From: Marsupella aquatica
Taxonomy: Eukaryota > Plantae > Marchantiophyta
NCBI GenBank assembly: GCA_973895155.1
Contig: OZ316897.1
Span: 13,143,375-13,207,374 of the forward strand
Length of the DNA: 64,000 nucleotides
Direction: 5' to 3'
Part shown: positions 37,070 to 47,693 of the stretch, piece by piece
Numbering within the stretch: position 1 is the first letter of the stretch
How the letters are laid out: every line of letters begins with the position of its first letter
Program-made: the position numbers and the translations under genes
Notes under the pieces: model-generated
What the model saw: the letters and a program-made list of their open reading frames with translations, nothing else
What the model was told of the DNA's origin: nothing
Databases searched by the model: none

Positions 37070-38992
37070 ATGTCCATTCCGTGCTCCTGCTTGCCTGCCA
37101 AGGACTTGTCAATCGCTTCGTGTCTAGTCTCCACCATATCTGTTGGGGGGAGGCGGAAGAAGGAGAAGCAGGAAGCGTACCGACTGCAATGGGTGGTGCG
37201 CTGCTGCGATAAGCCTACACCGGCAGCGAAGAAGATAGTGAGAATCCAGCCCAGGACGACGAAAACAGACTCATCATGGAGGAATGTGAATCTGAAAAAG
37301 GAGGCAAAGGGAGTGCGGTTGACCGGCGGCAGTCCCTTCACGAAATTGCACATTGCTGCTCCAGATGCTAATAGAGAGCAGAGACCTGGCTCTGGTCAGG
37401 GAAAGAGCGGGAAAGAGGAAGCTGCTGCTTTGACACAACAGGAGATGATGCCTACTCCTCCACAAGCTCCATTGCTGGATGCCCTACAAAAATGTGCAGC
37501 ACAAGACACTGCTGCCTTTCATTTCCCGGGGCACCACCGTGGACTCGTTGCTCCACCTATTCTGGCCGACAGCGTTGGCCGGGCCATTTTTGCTCACGAT
37601 TTACCAGAGCTAACAGAGCTAGACAATCTGTTTGCACCTGCTGGTGTCATCGCAGAGGCTCAGAAAAAGGCTGCCATTGCATTCGGAGCTGGCAACACAT
37701 ATTTTCTCGTCAATGGGACCACATGTGGCATCCAAGCGGCAATCATGGCGACTTGTAAGCCAGGAGATGTTCTCATTCTTCCCAGAAATTGTCACCTCTC
37801 GGCTATCTCAGGTATGGTGCTCTCTGGAACTCTACCATGGTATGTGATACCCAACTATGATTCATATTGGGGAGTGTCTCATGGAGTTAGCAGGGACGCC
37901 ATTGAGACAGCAATTGCTCAAGTGCACTCAGCTGGAGGGAGAGTCGGGGCAGTGCTGATTGTCTCCCCCACCTACTATGGAGTTTGCAGCCCAGTTGGAG
38001 ACATTGCACAAGTGTGTTTTGACAATGAAGTCCCTCTGATCGTTGATGAGGCTCACGGAGCACATTTCAGGTTCCACGAGGATTTTCCCAGCACTGCCCT
38101 CGAGCAGGGGGCTGACATAGCAGTCCAATCTACTCACAAGGTGTTGAGCTCTCTCACGCAGTCGTCCATGCTCCATGTGAAGGAAGGGGCAAGGGTGGAT
38201 CAGGATCTTCTCCTCAGATGCCTCCAAATGGTGCAAAGCTCCAGTCCTAGTTATCTCCTCCTTTCTTCTCTGGATGCTGCTCGTGCACAGATGAGCGCTG
38301 CCGTAGATGAAGACGCTGACTCCTTCAATAGTAAGCTTCTAGGGCCTGCGGTTGACTTGGCAGCAGTTGCCAAGGGGCTGCTTAGAGAGATTCCCAATCT
38401 TGTGGTCATGGATGAAGACACAATCCAGGCCATGGGGGAAGACTTTGCTGGTTTGGACCCACTTCGCATTACTGTGGGTTTGTGGAGGCTCAGTGTGAAT
38501 GGATACCAAGCAGATGATGTGCTTCGCTTGGAGTTCGGAGTCATTTGCGAATTGCCATCAATGCAGTCTCTCACCTTCGCCATGAACAGTGGAACGACTG
38601 CCCGGGACGTTGCACGTTTGGTAGAGGCCCTGAAAGCTTTGTCTCTTTGGTTCGCGAAGGAGAATGACAACATCACAATGGAAGAAGCTGCAAATAACTT
38701 GCATGGCGATAAAAATCTCGTCCGGCCGCTCTTGGAGCTACCGCCCACCTCTGCATTGAGTCCCAGGGATGCTTTCTTCTGCAAGACAGTGAAAGTAGAT
38801 ACTGACCGTGCAGTTGGCCAAATCTCTGCCGAGCTCCTGTGCCCTTATCCTCCAGGGATCCCTGTAATTACCCCTGGGGAGGTCATCACTGAGGAAACTC
38901 TGGTTTACTTGAGAACTATCATCGAGAAAGGGGGCACAGTGAGTGGGGCTTCGGACCCCAATCTCCGTTCCATCTCCATCTGTCAAAGATGA
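37070..38992 (+). CDS. PLP-dependent Orn/Lys/Arg decarboxylase, bacterial (fold-type I) family, with an N-terminal putative organellar transit peptide; intronless
   Basis: Motifs FHFPGH, DLPELTELDNLFAP, FLVNGTTCG, PRNCHLS, SPTYYG, DEAHGAH, QSTHK (PLP lysine), SSSPSYLLL, DPLRIT, PYPPGIP. A ~130-aa basic/Ser-rich N-terminal extension precedes the core. Confidence 0.93.
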   Translation: MSIPCSCLPAKDLSIASCLVSTISVGGRRKKEKQEAYRLQWVVRCCDKPTPAAKKIVRIQPRTTKTDSSWRNVNLKKEAKGVRLTGGSPFTKLHIAAPDANREQRPGSGQGKSGKEEAAALTQQEMMPTPPQAPLLDALQKCAAQDTAAFHFPGHHRGLVAPPILADSVGRAIFAHDLPELTELDNLFAPAGVIAEAQKKAAIAFGAGNTYFLVNGTTCGIQAAIMATCKPGDVLILPRNCHLSAISGMVLSGTLPWYVIPNYDSYWGVSHGVSRDAIETAIAQVHSAGGRVGAVLIVSPTYYGVCSPVGDIAQVCFDNEVPLIVDEAHGAHFRFHEDFPSTALEQGADIAVQSTHKVLSSLTQSSMLHVKEGARVDQDLLLRCLQMVQSSSPSYLLLSSLDAARAQMSAAVDEDADSFNSKLLGPAVDLAAVAKGLLREIPNLVVMDEDTIQAMGEDFAGLDPLRITVGLWRLSVNGYQADDVLRLEFGVICELPSMQSLTFAMNSGTTARDVARLVEALKALSLWFAKENDNITMEEAANNLHGDKNLVRPLLELPPTSALSPRDAFFCKTVKVDTDRAVGQISAELLCPYPPGIPVITPGEVITEETLVYLRTIIEKGGTVSGASDPNLRSISICQR

Positions 38993-39557
38993 TCTTACTT
39001 CGAGTCGCCTATGTCTGAGTTTGTTTATGGGCATTCAGAGCCTCTTGAAATTCAATGATCATCCTTTCGAGGTAACTGACTGGATCTCCTCTTCCTCTGA
39101 AATTTCTGGTACACAAGAGTTGCGATGGCACGTCATTCATTCCCAATCGTATGGCTCAAAGGAAGGCCAGTCCGTACTGTACAGGCTGAGAACACTCTGT
39201 GCAAGCTACAATAGCGAGAAAATTATATCCATTCAATTCGATTCCCTCTGTCGAAGGAGTTTTTATTACCTTTGTCGAAGGATTTCTCAGTTGCCATTTG
39301 AAATCTACATTTGATACCAGTCCAGTCTGTATGTTGTGTCCAACTCTATACATCGAATGCGCAACGTTCTTTGATTTATACTCGTTGGTCTCGTCTGTGC
39401 GTGCAATTGCCGCTTTGGCTAGTTTCTAGATTGGTTTCTTTCCATATCGCCACTGTGTTGGAATCTATAGTGACATTTGGATTTATATCAGGCAACTACT
39501 ACTTTGCATGACGGAAACTAGAGGAAGATGCCCGTTAGATATGATAGACATTATGCG

Positions 39558-39559
<2 letters not shown>

Positions 39560-39622
<63 letters not shown>
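39560..39622. repeat. (CT)n microsatellite, ~31 units
   Basis: Read directly from the sequence. Confidence 0.97.
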
Positions 39623-39625
<3 letters not shown>

Positions 39626-41088
39626 ACACACCACACACACACTCACAAATGTCTCTTAATTCTCGAGATATGTAAATGCCATTTGACTTGAGTTTCCGTT
39701 AGTTTCACCTCAAGAAGTGAATACAGAGTCTTCTTCCTAAAGAAATGAAACCGTTGTCCAAGTTTTTCTCGTTCTCTCTTCTGCATTCACAGCTTGAAGT
39801 CCTGCATATATTTGTGCAGATGCAAAACACAATTTTTATCTTCAGGAGAGCACCAAGCAAAGAATCGAGAATCTGAGGATTTGGTCACATGAGGTTGCAG
39901 TCGATTACAAGCAATTAGCCTGAAACTCGTGAAAACTGTGCAGCAAATATCAACAGGAAACCGATAGGTACATGGCACGGTTGAAGCAGCGGTGTTTCTA
40001 GTGGTTTTGATCCTCTTCACAGACTCCGAGTCAGGTCTTGGTCACCAGAACATTATTTTATTTGGCGTGGATTATGAAAGCAAGCTGCACGAAGCACAAG
40101 CGCAACCACTATTTCCCCGTCCAGTATTCAACATCCAAAGCTCTTGAACTCGTTGCAATGATTGGGAGGCAGCTTTATCCGCTTTATCACGACAAAAATA
40201 TGTTCGTCAATACTGCTCCAAACCAGTCCGCATGCTTTGTACCAAGAGCCTGGACGTTGGGGGCTAAAGTTCACTTTCTGGGCCATTGGGTGTTCAACTG
40301 TAGAAAGGGGTGTTCAGGAAAATTTTGTACAGAGAATCACGACGGCCCTTCTGTTAATAGATAAAGAGAAAGGGAAAACGCGAATGTAGTGAAGTGTATC
40401 TCCACTGATTTTGTACGCCGCAATGAGGATTCTCCATAGACTATTTGCTGGGAGAATTTGAGCTCAACACTGGTTTGGACGTAAGAGACGGGATATGTAC
40501 TAAATTTGTTAGAGCAAGACTTCAGTTTTGCTCCGTGTTCCTGGGCTCAGTCAGGTTTGGACTTGCGTAAAGGCGGACAGAAGAGAGTAAGAGTTTGACC
40601 TGAGCACCTGTGAATTGCTAGATTAGGGAAGTACTGAACAATGTTCAGGTAGGGTATGTCACTAAAATCTTTTTTCCGACTCCTCAATCTAGCAGAAAGT
40701 AGATACATGACTGCTGCGTATTGTCTATTCATGGTGGACTGATACACAAATAAGTTAAGTAGCATACCTGAAAGTAGACCGATTAACTATCCACTTGCCA
40801 GTTGTTGTTTCTAAGTTGCAGCATTGGACCGACCAAACATATCAAATCGTTGCAATGCTCGTCAATGTTGATCTGTAGAGGTGGAGGTTTGCGGGTAGGA
40901 TGCACATGGCCCGAATGATTTGATCAAGATGTATATAACAAAATTTCAGTGGAATGCATAGCTGCAAAGTAGCCGAACACTGAGGAACGTGGTTTACTTA
41001 TTTTCACAACAGGCGATTTCTAAATATTTTGAAAAAGTGTTACAATAATAGAATTGAGTACACTTCCCAATTATTTGATTGGAAAAGA

Positions 41089-41724
41089 GGGTTATGTGTA
41101 AGTAGGAGATGGTGTAGGTTCACCAGGCCACTCAGATCAGGGATCTCCCCGGCGAGTGCATTTGTGTCAAGAGAGAGGGATTGTAGGCTTTGGCAGGCAG
41201 AAATGCTGCGTGGAATGGGACCAGAGAACCCACCATAAGACAGATCCAAATAGGTAAGCCCAACTAAAGATCCAACATCGTCTGGGATGTCAATGTCTTG
41301 GAAATTGTTGTTCCCCAATCCAGCACGCTAAGATCTGTCAGGTTTGACCATACACCCATGCTCGGCAGCAACGCCAACAATGAATTCCCAACCAGAAAAC
41401 CTTAGCTACTCTACGGTGAAATCTTTCGTGCAAGTACTCCAGCCCAACCACACAGGCGTTGTCGTTCGTCTCCATCCAAGTTCTCCAGTACCCTTTGGAG
41501 ATCACCCAACCATCTACTTCCGTCATCTGGTTGAAGCTCAGAAGAGTTTGAACTTCGCCAATGGTGCTGCTATTCTGATGAGCATCCACACGGGCCAGCA
41601 CCCAAAGCCAGAGAAGCACCGTGGAAATCCGTTCAAGGCCGCTCGAGAACGCTGAGATCGATGCAAGAGTTACGGCCATTGTCATACACGGCATAGTTGT
41701 TTCTTCCTGCAGCTCCTGCACAAC
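41089..41724 (-). pseudogene. Internally deleted, frameshifted paralogue of the adjacent LRR receptor kinase
   Basis: 41089-41724 is colinear with ~45800-46435 (signal peptide, LRR-NT, first LRRs; frameshifts). It joins directly to sequence homologous to the parent's 3' flank (40875-41058 vs 43020-43204), so the TM and kinase (~2.6 kb) are lost. Confidence 0.88.
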
Positions 41725-41754
41725 AAGAACTTAATGTCATGGTATCGGATATTA

Positions 41755-42005
41755 ACTTAAGAACATATTTTTACTTATGGAAATCTTTGGTGTCATGACA
41801 TCTTTGACAGAAGGACATCTTTGGTGCCACAATTGTTTTTAATTTAATGACATCTGTTATTGAATAACACCTTTGTGCAAACTTAACAACATATTTTTAC
41901 TTATGGAAATCTCTGGTGTCATGACATCTTTGACATAAGGACATCTTTGGTGCCACTTTTTTTTTAAATTAATGATATCTGTTATTGAACAACATCTTTA
42001 TGCAA
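41755..42005. repeat. ~126-bp tandem duplication
   Basis: aacttaa(g/c)aacatatttttacttatggaaatct.tggtgtcatgacatctttgaca.aaggacatctttggtgccac...ctgttattgaa occurs twice. Confidence 0.88.
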
Positions 42006-42357
42006 CGCACTGATATTGAGCTAGTGAGATCATAATAATTGATTCCAAAGAACATCTATGAGTCCCCATCATCTATGGATGATTATGTTCTTTGTATTGA
42101 TGACCTTTCATTATCTTTACATGATATGTGTTCTGTCATCCCTCATTTTTGGTCGAATTGTTGCGTAAATCACATTGCTCGGTTAGGGTAGTACTGAACA
42201 ATGTTTAGTCAGGGTAGGACTGGACAGTGATGAACCAGGATTATGTTTAATTTGTCACTCAATCCTTTTTGTTGCCCCCCCAATATTCCTGCAGAAAATA
42301 GATACATGACTAGATACACGATTTCTCCTTACCATCTCTTCGTGGTGGACTCTTACA

Positions 42358-42751
42358 TGATGGGAATCTAATCGGAGAACATACCACAAAGGAATCAACT
42401 GACACAATCAATCGACACCAACAAAGATAGTACATGGTTTACCCCATTGGGGTTATGTCCACGGTCGTGAGAGAAGAAACAATATGAACATAACAAGTAC
42501 ATCCACCATAGCCTGATTCCACAAGATCCACTACAACCTGATCTCTCTTACCGTCTAGCCTGAGTACACAGAATACTGAACTCTCAAATGTGAGCAAATA
42601 TTTGGGTTCTCCTTGGGTAATTATACCCTTACCCCATGGTCTATAGGAACCTAGAACTGAAGGAGTAATTTAAATGAGTGTTATCTTAGTCTACTAAAGC
42701 CTAACTAGTAATATGGAAGTAAATATGTTATACTAGAGACATAACCTAATA
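42358..42751. mobile_element. Probable solo LTR (394 bp) with a 5-bp TSD
   Basis: Flanked by ttaca (42353-42357 and 42752-42756). Ends are TGATGGG...CCTAATA (decayed TG...CA). Absent from the paralogous empty site at ~40735-40750 (ggtggactgatacacaaa). Confidence 0.72.
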
Positions 42752-43292
42752 TTACACAAACAAGTTTATGCAGCACACCTGTCCAAAAACGTAATTAAGT
42801 CTCCCCTTGCCAGTTGTTTTTTCTATGTTGAACCATCTGATCCATTAAACATATGAAATTGTTTCAACGTGCTTCAACAGGGAGTCGCAAACTTTGAAGC
42901 TGCGGGAAAACTACCAATTTTGGTCACGGGTCAGGATTTTGCGGACACGGATTTTGGTGTCCACCACTTTTTCCGAAGGCAGGCAGTCATGCTAGTTATC
43001 AGATGCCCTAGTGATGATGTGTAGAGGTGGGGGGTTGCGGGTAGGATGCACATGGCCAGAAAGATTTGTTCAAGATGTATGTAACAGAGTTTGAGTGGAA
43101 TGCATAGCTACAAAGTGGCCAAACACCGAGGAACGTGGTTTACTTACTTTCACAATAGGGGATTTCGAAATATTTTGAAAAAGTGACACAATAATAGAAT
43201 TGAGAGAAGTTACGAATCGTTGATTGCAAAAATACTCCCACACAATAGACTGAATGTACTAATCTTCACTACCGTCATCTCAGGTTTGATTT

Positions 43293-46200
43293 TTATCGTT
43301 GCCTTGCGAGTTTACGGAGCTCCGACATTTCAATGCCAGTAGCATCACTGGGTAGACATGAACTAGAGCTATTGCTGTAGAAATCGTTAGAGAGGCAAAC
43401 ATTGTTATCATATCGTGGATCCTCTCCGTCATTCTCTTCGATCATCGTGATACGGGAGCTGTCTTCTCCCGCCGCAACCCCTGAGATAGTCGATGACATC
43501 TGGAGAGAGATCAGTTCTTCGGATGTGCCGTGAAGCAGGAACCAAAGGTTTTGCAGTTCTTTCAAAACCTCGCTCATGCTTGGTCTAGCCTTGGATCGCA
43601 TGTGTAGACATTGCATTGCTAGTCTTCCCACATTCAAGATCGACTCCCTGCCCTCGCCGGCCAAGTCACCGTAGGTCTCTGTAAGGGCTCCATCTATCAG
43701 TTGCCGTAAATCTCCATTTTCAATGTGTTTCTTCGCGAAATATACCAGACTAGTTTCCTCTCCACTCCTCCCAAAGTCTATTGCAGGTTTCGCTGAGATG
43801 AGTTCCAACAGAACCACACCAAAGCCATAGACGTCACTTTTGTCAGTTAGCTGGTAGGACATGTAATACTCGGGATCAATGTACCCAACGGTGCCATGAA
43901 TTGCAAGAGTCGAGACATGGGTGGCTTCAACGGAAGATAGCTTCGAGATACCAAAATCTGCCACTTTGGCATTAAGCTCATCGTTTAACAAAATGTTAGC
44001 CGACTTGACATCTCTATGATAAATTGGAAAACTGGCAGCTGAATGCAGATAGTTCAAGGCATCTGCGGTTTGAATTGCAATCCGAAGTCGTTGTTTCCAG
44101 CTCAAAGGTACTGTCCCGATTTTTCCTTGAAGATGTTCTCGGAGGGTGCCATTCGAAACAAGCTCAAAGACAAGCAAAGCAACTTTGTTTTCCATGCAAC
44201 ATCCCAGGAGCTTCACAAGATGACGATGGTTTACTTGAGACAAGATCCTGACCTCGTTCAAGAACTGGTCCTTTTCCTTCTCAGATCCCTCGCGCTTGCT
44301 TCTCTTGATAGCCACCATAGTTCCATCGCTGAGTTTGCCCGTGTATACAGTCCCGAAACCTCCCTCTCCTATCTGCGCACTATCAGCAAAATTGTCGGTG
44401 GCTTTCTTGAGGTCCCGAAGCGACATCAATGCTGCAGATTCTCTCTCCAGCAGCATTTTGATTAAATCTCCATCTTGTTGCTGTCTTTTGCGATAAACTC
44501 TCCATCGCCACCAAGCAACCAAAACACTTCCGAGAGCTACTGTAACTGATCCGGCCACTGTGACCAAAACCCACCATCGTACACCTTTCCATTGGGGACA
44601 TGAATGTAACGGACCACCACAAAGCCCAGGATTGCCTTCGAAAAAGCTTGGATTATAAAGCGTATCTGGTAGTCTAGTAGGAAGCTGTCCAGACAGGCTA
44701 TTATTGGTCAATTCGAGAGTTGTTAGATTCGGAAGCATAACAACGGCATCCGGAACTGGTCCCATTATATGATTGTTCGACAAGTTCAAGGATTGGAGAG
44801 CCGGCAGCCATGTGCTATTGAAAGCCGCACCCAATATCTGCCCCTGCAAATGATTGTTGCTTAAATCCAGAACCTCAAGGGAAGTCGCCGATGAGGGGAA
44901 GGATAAAGGCAGAGGCGTTCCGGAGAGATAGTTGCCTTGCATCTGAAACGATTTTACAGATGTATTAAGCACGAAAAACTCCAGCACAGCCCTCAGTGGA
45001 TCAGGATTGACTTCCGTCGCACTCAATTGAAGATTGTTGTTGCTGATGTCGACAATATCTAGGTGCCATGCTCTAAATTTAACTGAATCATGGCTGATCT
45101 GTACCAGTCTCGATAGGTCCCCACTAAAGGAGTTATCTGCCAGTCGCATTTCCGTCATCTGACCATAACATTGACTAAGAAACTCAACAATGTCTCCGGA
45201 GAGGCTGTTGTTCTGAAGGGACAGAATGCGCATAGAACTATTTCCATTGTTGCAAATGGAGGGAACGGGACCACTCAGGTGATTGTGACTCAAATCTATG
45301 ACATAGTAATTGTAATGTTTGGTTCCATCGAATGGTATATGACCAGTAAGAAAATTATGTGAAAGCTTCAAGCCAGGCGCGTTCGGCAAGTTCGATGCAG
45401 TAGGTTGCAGCAAATTTGCAGGGATGCTGCCTGTGAGCTGATTGTGAGACAAATCGACCCAAGTGGCGTCAGTCATATTTAACCGGAAATCTGAAGGGAT
45501 GTGGCCAGACAGTTGGTTGTGTGACAAATCAAGGATCCTGAGTTTCACCAACTTAGTTATGTTGGCCGGAATCGGACCCTGTAGTTGATTGTAAGCGATA
45601 GAGAAGTGCTCGAAATTCTTTGCATCTGGGAAGATGCCCCCCTCCTCGAACCCCGTGAAGGTGTTGTTATCAAGCAAGAGCTCCAAAAGGTTGGTCAGAT
45701 TTGAAAGAGAAGGGATAGTACCACTAAACATGTTATTACTCAAATCTATCTTGAGAGGACTATCTAGTTTTCCGAGCGATTTTGGAAAAGAGCCACTAAG
45801 GTGGTTATATCCCAGTAGGAGATACTGTAGGTTCACCAAGCCACTCAGATCAGGGATCTCCCCGGCGAGTGCATTTCCTTGGAGAAGGAGGTCTCGGAGT
45901 CTGTGGCAGACAGAAATGCTGTGTGGTATGGGACCAGAGAACCCACCAAAAGACAGATCCAAATGGGTAAGCCCAACTAAAGATCCAATATCGTCTGGGA
46001 TGACAATACCCTGGAAATGGTTGAACGACAAATCCAACCTGCGAAGATCTGTCAGGTTTGACAATACACCCAGGCTCGGCAGCGACGTCAATTGCCAATT
46101 GAAAAAACTGAGCTGCTCTACAGTGGAATCTTTTGTGCAAGTAACTCCAGCCCAAGCACAGGCGTTGTCGTCCGTCTCCTTCCAAGTTCCCCAATAACCG

Positions 46201-46400
46201 TCGGAGTTCACCCAATCACCGACTTCCGTCATCTTTTTGAACCTCAGAAGAGTTTGAACTTCGCCACCGGTGCTGCTATTCGGATTAGCATCGACACGGG
46301 CCAGCACCCAAAGGCAGAGAAGCACCGTGCACAATCGTTGTAGGCCTCTTGAAAACGCTGATATCGATGCAAGAGTTATGGCCATTGTCATCCGTTGCAT
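43293..46400 (-). CDS. Intronless LRR receptor-like kinase with a WAK/WAKL-type RD kinase domain (~1035 aa)
   Basis: First in-frame ATG is at 46400 (the track start at 46433 is TTG). Signal peptide, CAWAGVTC cap, many LxxLxLxxNxLxGxIP repeats, GNPGLCG, TM (WWVLVTVAGSVTVALGSVLVAWW), then kinase GEGGFG, VAIKRS, QVNHRHLVKLLGCCME, YLHSAASFPIYHRDVKS, DFG, GYIDPEYYMSYQLTDKSDVY. Confidence 0.95.
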   Translation of the reverse strand: MQRMTMAITLASISAFSRGLQRLCTVLLCLWVLARVDANPNSSTGGEVQTLLRFKKMTEVGDWVNSDGYWGTWKETDDNACAWAGVTCTKDSTVEQLSFFNWQLTSLPSLGVLSNLTDLRRLDLSFNHFQGIVIPDDIGSLVGLTHLDLSFGGFSGPIPHSISVCHRLRDLLLQGNALAGEIPDLSGLVNLQYLLLGYNHLSGSFPKSLGKLDSPLKIDLSNNMFSGTIPSLSNLTNLLELLLDNNTFTGFEEGGIFPDAKNFEHFSIAYNQLQGPIPANITKLVKLRILDLSHNQLSGHIPSDFRLNMTDATWVDLSHNQLTGSIPANLLQPTASNLPNAPGLKLSHNFLTGHIPFDGTKHYNYYVIDLSHNHLSGPVPSICNNGNSSMRILSLQNNSLSGDIVEFLSQCYGQMTEMRLADNSFSGDLSRLVQISHDSVKFRAWHLDIVDISNNNLQLSATEVNPDPLRAVLEFFVLNTSVKSFQMQGNYLSGTPLPLSFPSSATSLEVLDLSNNHLQGQILGAAFNSTWLPALQSLNLSNNHIMGPVPDAVVMLPNLTTLELTNNSLSGQLPTRLPDTLYNPSFFEGNPGLCGGPLHSCPQWKGVRWWVLVTVAGSVTVALGSVLVAWWRWRVYRKRQQQDGDLIKMLLERESAALMSLRDLKKATDNFADSAQIGEGGFGTVYTGKLSDGTMVAIKRSKREGSEKEKDQFLNEVRILSQVNHRHLVKLLGCCMENKVALLVFELVSNGTLREHLQGKIGTVPLSWKQRLRIAIQTADALNYLHSAASFPIYHRDVKSANILLNDELNAKVADFGISKLSSVEATHVSTLAIHGTVGYIDPEYYMSYQLTDKSDVYGFGVVLLELISAKPAIDFGRSGEETSLVYFAKKHIENGDLRQLIDGALTETYGDLAGEGRESILNVGRLAMQCLHMRSKARPSMSEVLKELQNLWFLLHGTSEELISLQMSSTISGVAAGEDSSRITMIEENDGEDPRYDNNVCLSNDFYSNSSSSCLPSDATGIEMSELRKLARQR

Positions 46401-47015
46401 AGTTGTTTCTTCCTGTAGTTCCTGCGCATGCAACTAGAAAATAATGTGATTATTCCAATGTGGTCCTAAGCTAATCGTAAACTGAACGGCTTCCAACTAA
46501 AGCGACACGATACGTTGTGTTGAGAGGATTGCAATGCATTCCTATTGAATGCCAGAGGAAGTTGAAACGCAAGCTTCTTCGAGTCTTGACAAATTGTCAG
46601 TCAAAGTCCTGTCTAAAACAGTTCATAGTCAGTTGACTCAGACCGAAACCACTCCGTTGGGTCTAAATAGGGTCTACATAGAAAGCCGAGTGAACAATGG
46701 AGTCTTAAACTAAGAGTATGACGGCTCTCGATCTAGATCGACTGTTGGGCTAAACTGGACTAACAAAAGAAGTGTTCATTTCAATTGAGAATGTTGGGCT
46801 AAATTGGGCCAACAAAAGAACTGTTGATTTGAGAGTGCATGAAACTAAGTCAAACAACAGACATTCTTCATTCACACAAATCCAACTGGGCATGTTCTAT
46901 ACATACGTGTCACTCAACGGGTTACGAAAAAGGTCGAATATTGGAAGTGAATTGATCGCTCGGCAAGATGCTCACCAGTACCTAGTTCAGTGGAGCACAG
47001 AGATCGACGTAACTC

Positions 47016-47693
47016 ATGTCAACCATTTTTATCGGTGTAGTACTAACTGTCTTACTCATCTGGGCGGCAAAGACTCAAGCGCAACATGGCCAATCACATT
47101 TTGCAGGCTCTCCACTCAGCTACACTGCTGGACTTATGCCCCCGTCCAATCAAGCTCTTCGATGGATCGACAAGAATGGAATTCAGGGAACTCAGAATCT
47201 CGATGATGACTTTCCAGAAGCTTCTGCACCGTGCTACCTTGGCGGCACCTCGACCCCTCCTGTGCAACGTAAATTCACAGAGCTGTATATGAACAAGTCT
47301 TCCTGGTACTCACGGAAACTAAGGCTTCGAGCTCTATCTTATGATTGTGCAGACAATCTGTGGAGAGACGGGAATGTACTCCAAGTCTATCAATAATAGA
47401 AGCTGATGAAACCCGAATTCAGCGACCTCGACGTACGTGGGTTAATTGTGAGTCGTTCACCTCCGGGCACGCTGCGCAATGTCGACCCGGCCTGGAAGCC
47501 AACTCAGTTGACAAAGTGCACTTGCGAATATGACCCTCCTTTTAGACCCGACTCCATGGAATCTATCCCACTACCCCTCCTATCTCCACTTCTATCTCCA
47601 CTCCTAGCTTCGAATACACTCAGCCGTTGGATGCTGTCTACAACTCAAAAATATAGCTTGCCTGCTCTCAGCCCCGTTAGATGCAATGTATGA
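47016..47693 (+). pseudogene. Putative secreted protein ORF: 126 aa, with an in-frame continuation after TAA-TAG
   Basis: Signal-peptide-like start MSTIFIGVVLTVLLIWAAKTQA. ORF 47406-47693 is in the same frame after two adjacent stops at 47394-47399. No family recognised. Confidence 0.4.

Noticed and set aside
37070-38992. Bacterial contamination as the source of the decarboxylase
   Set aside because: It is flanked by plant microsatellites and intron-containing genes, has a eukaryote-style N-terminal extension, and has no operon neighbours.
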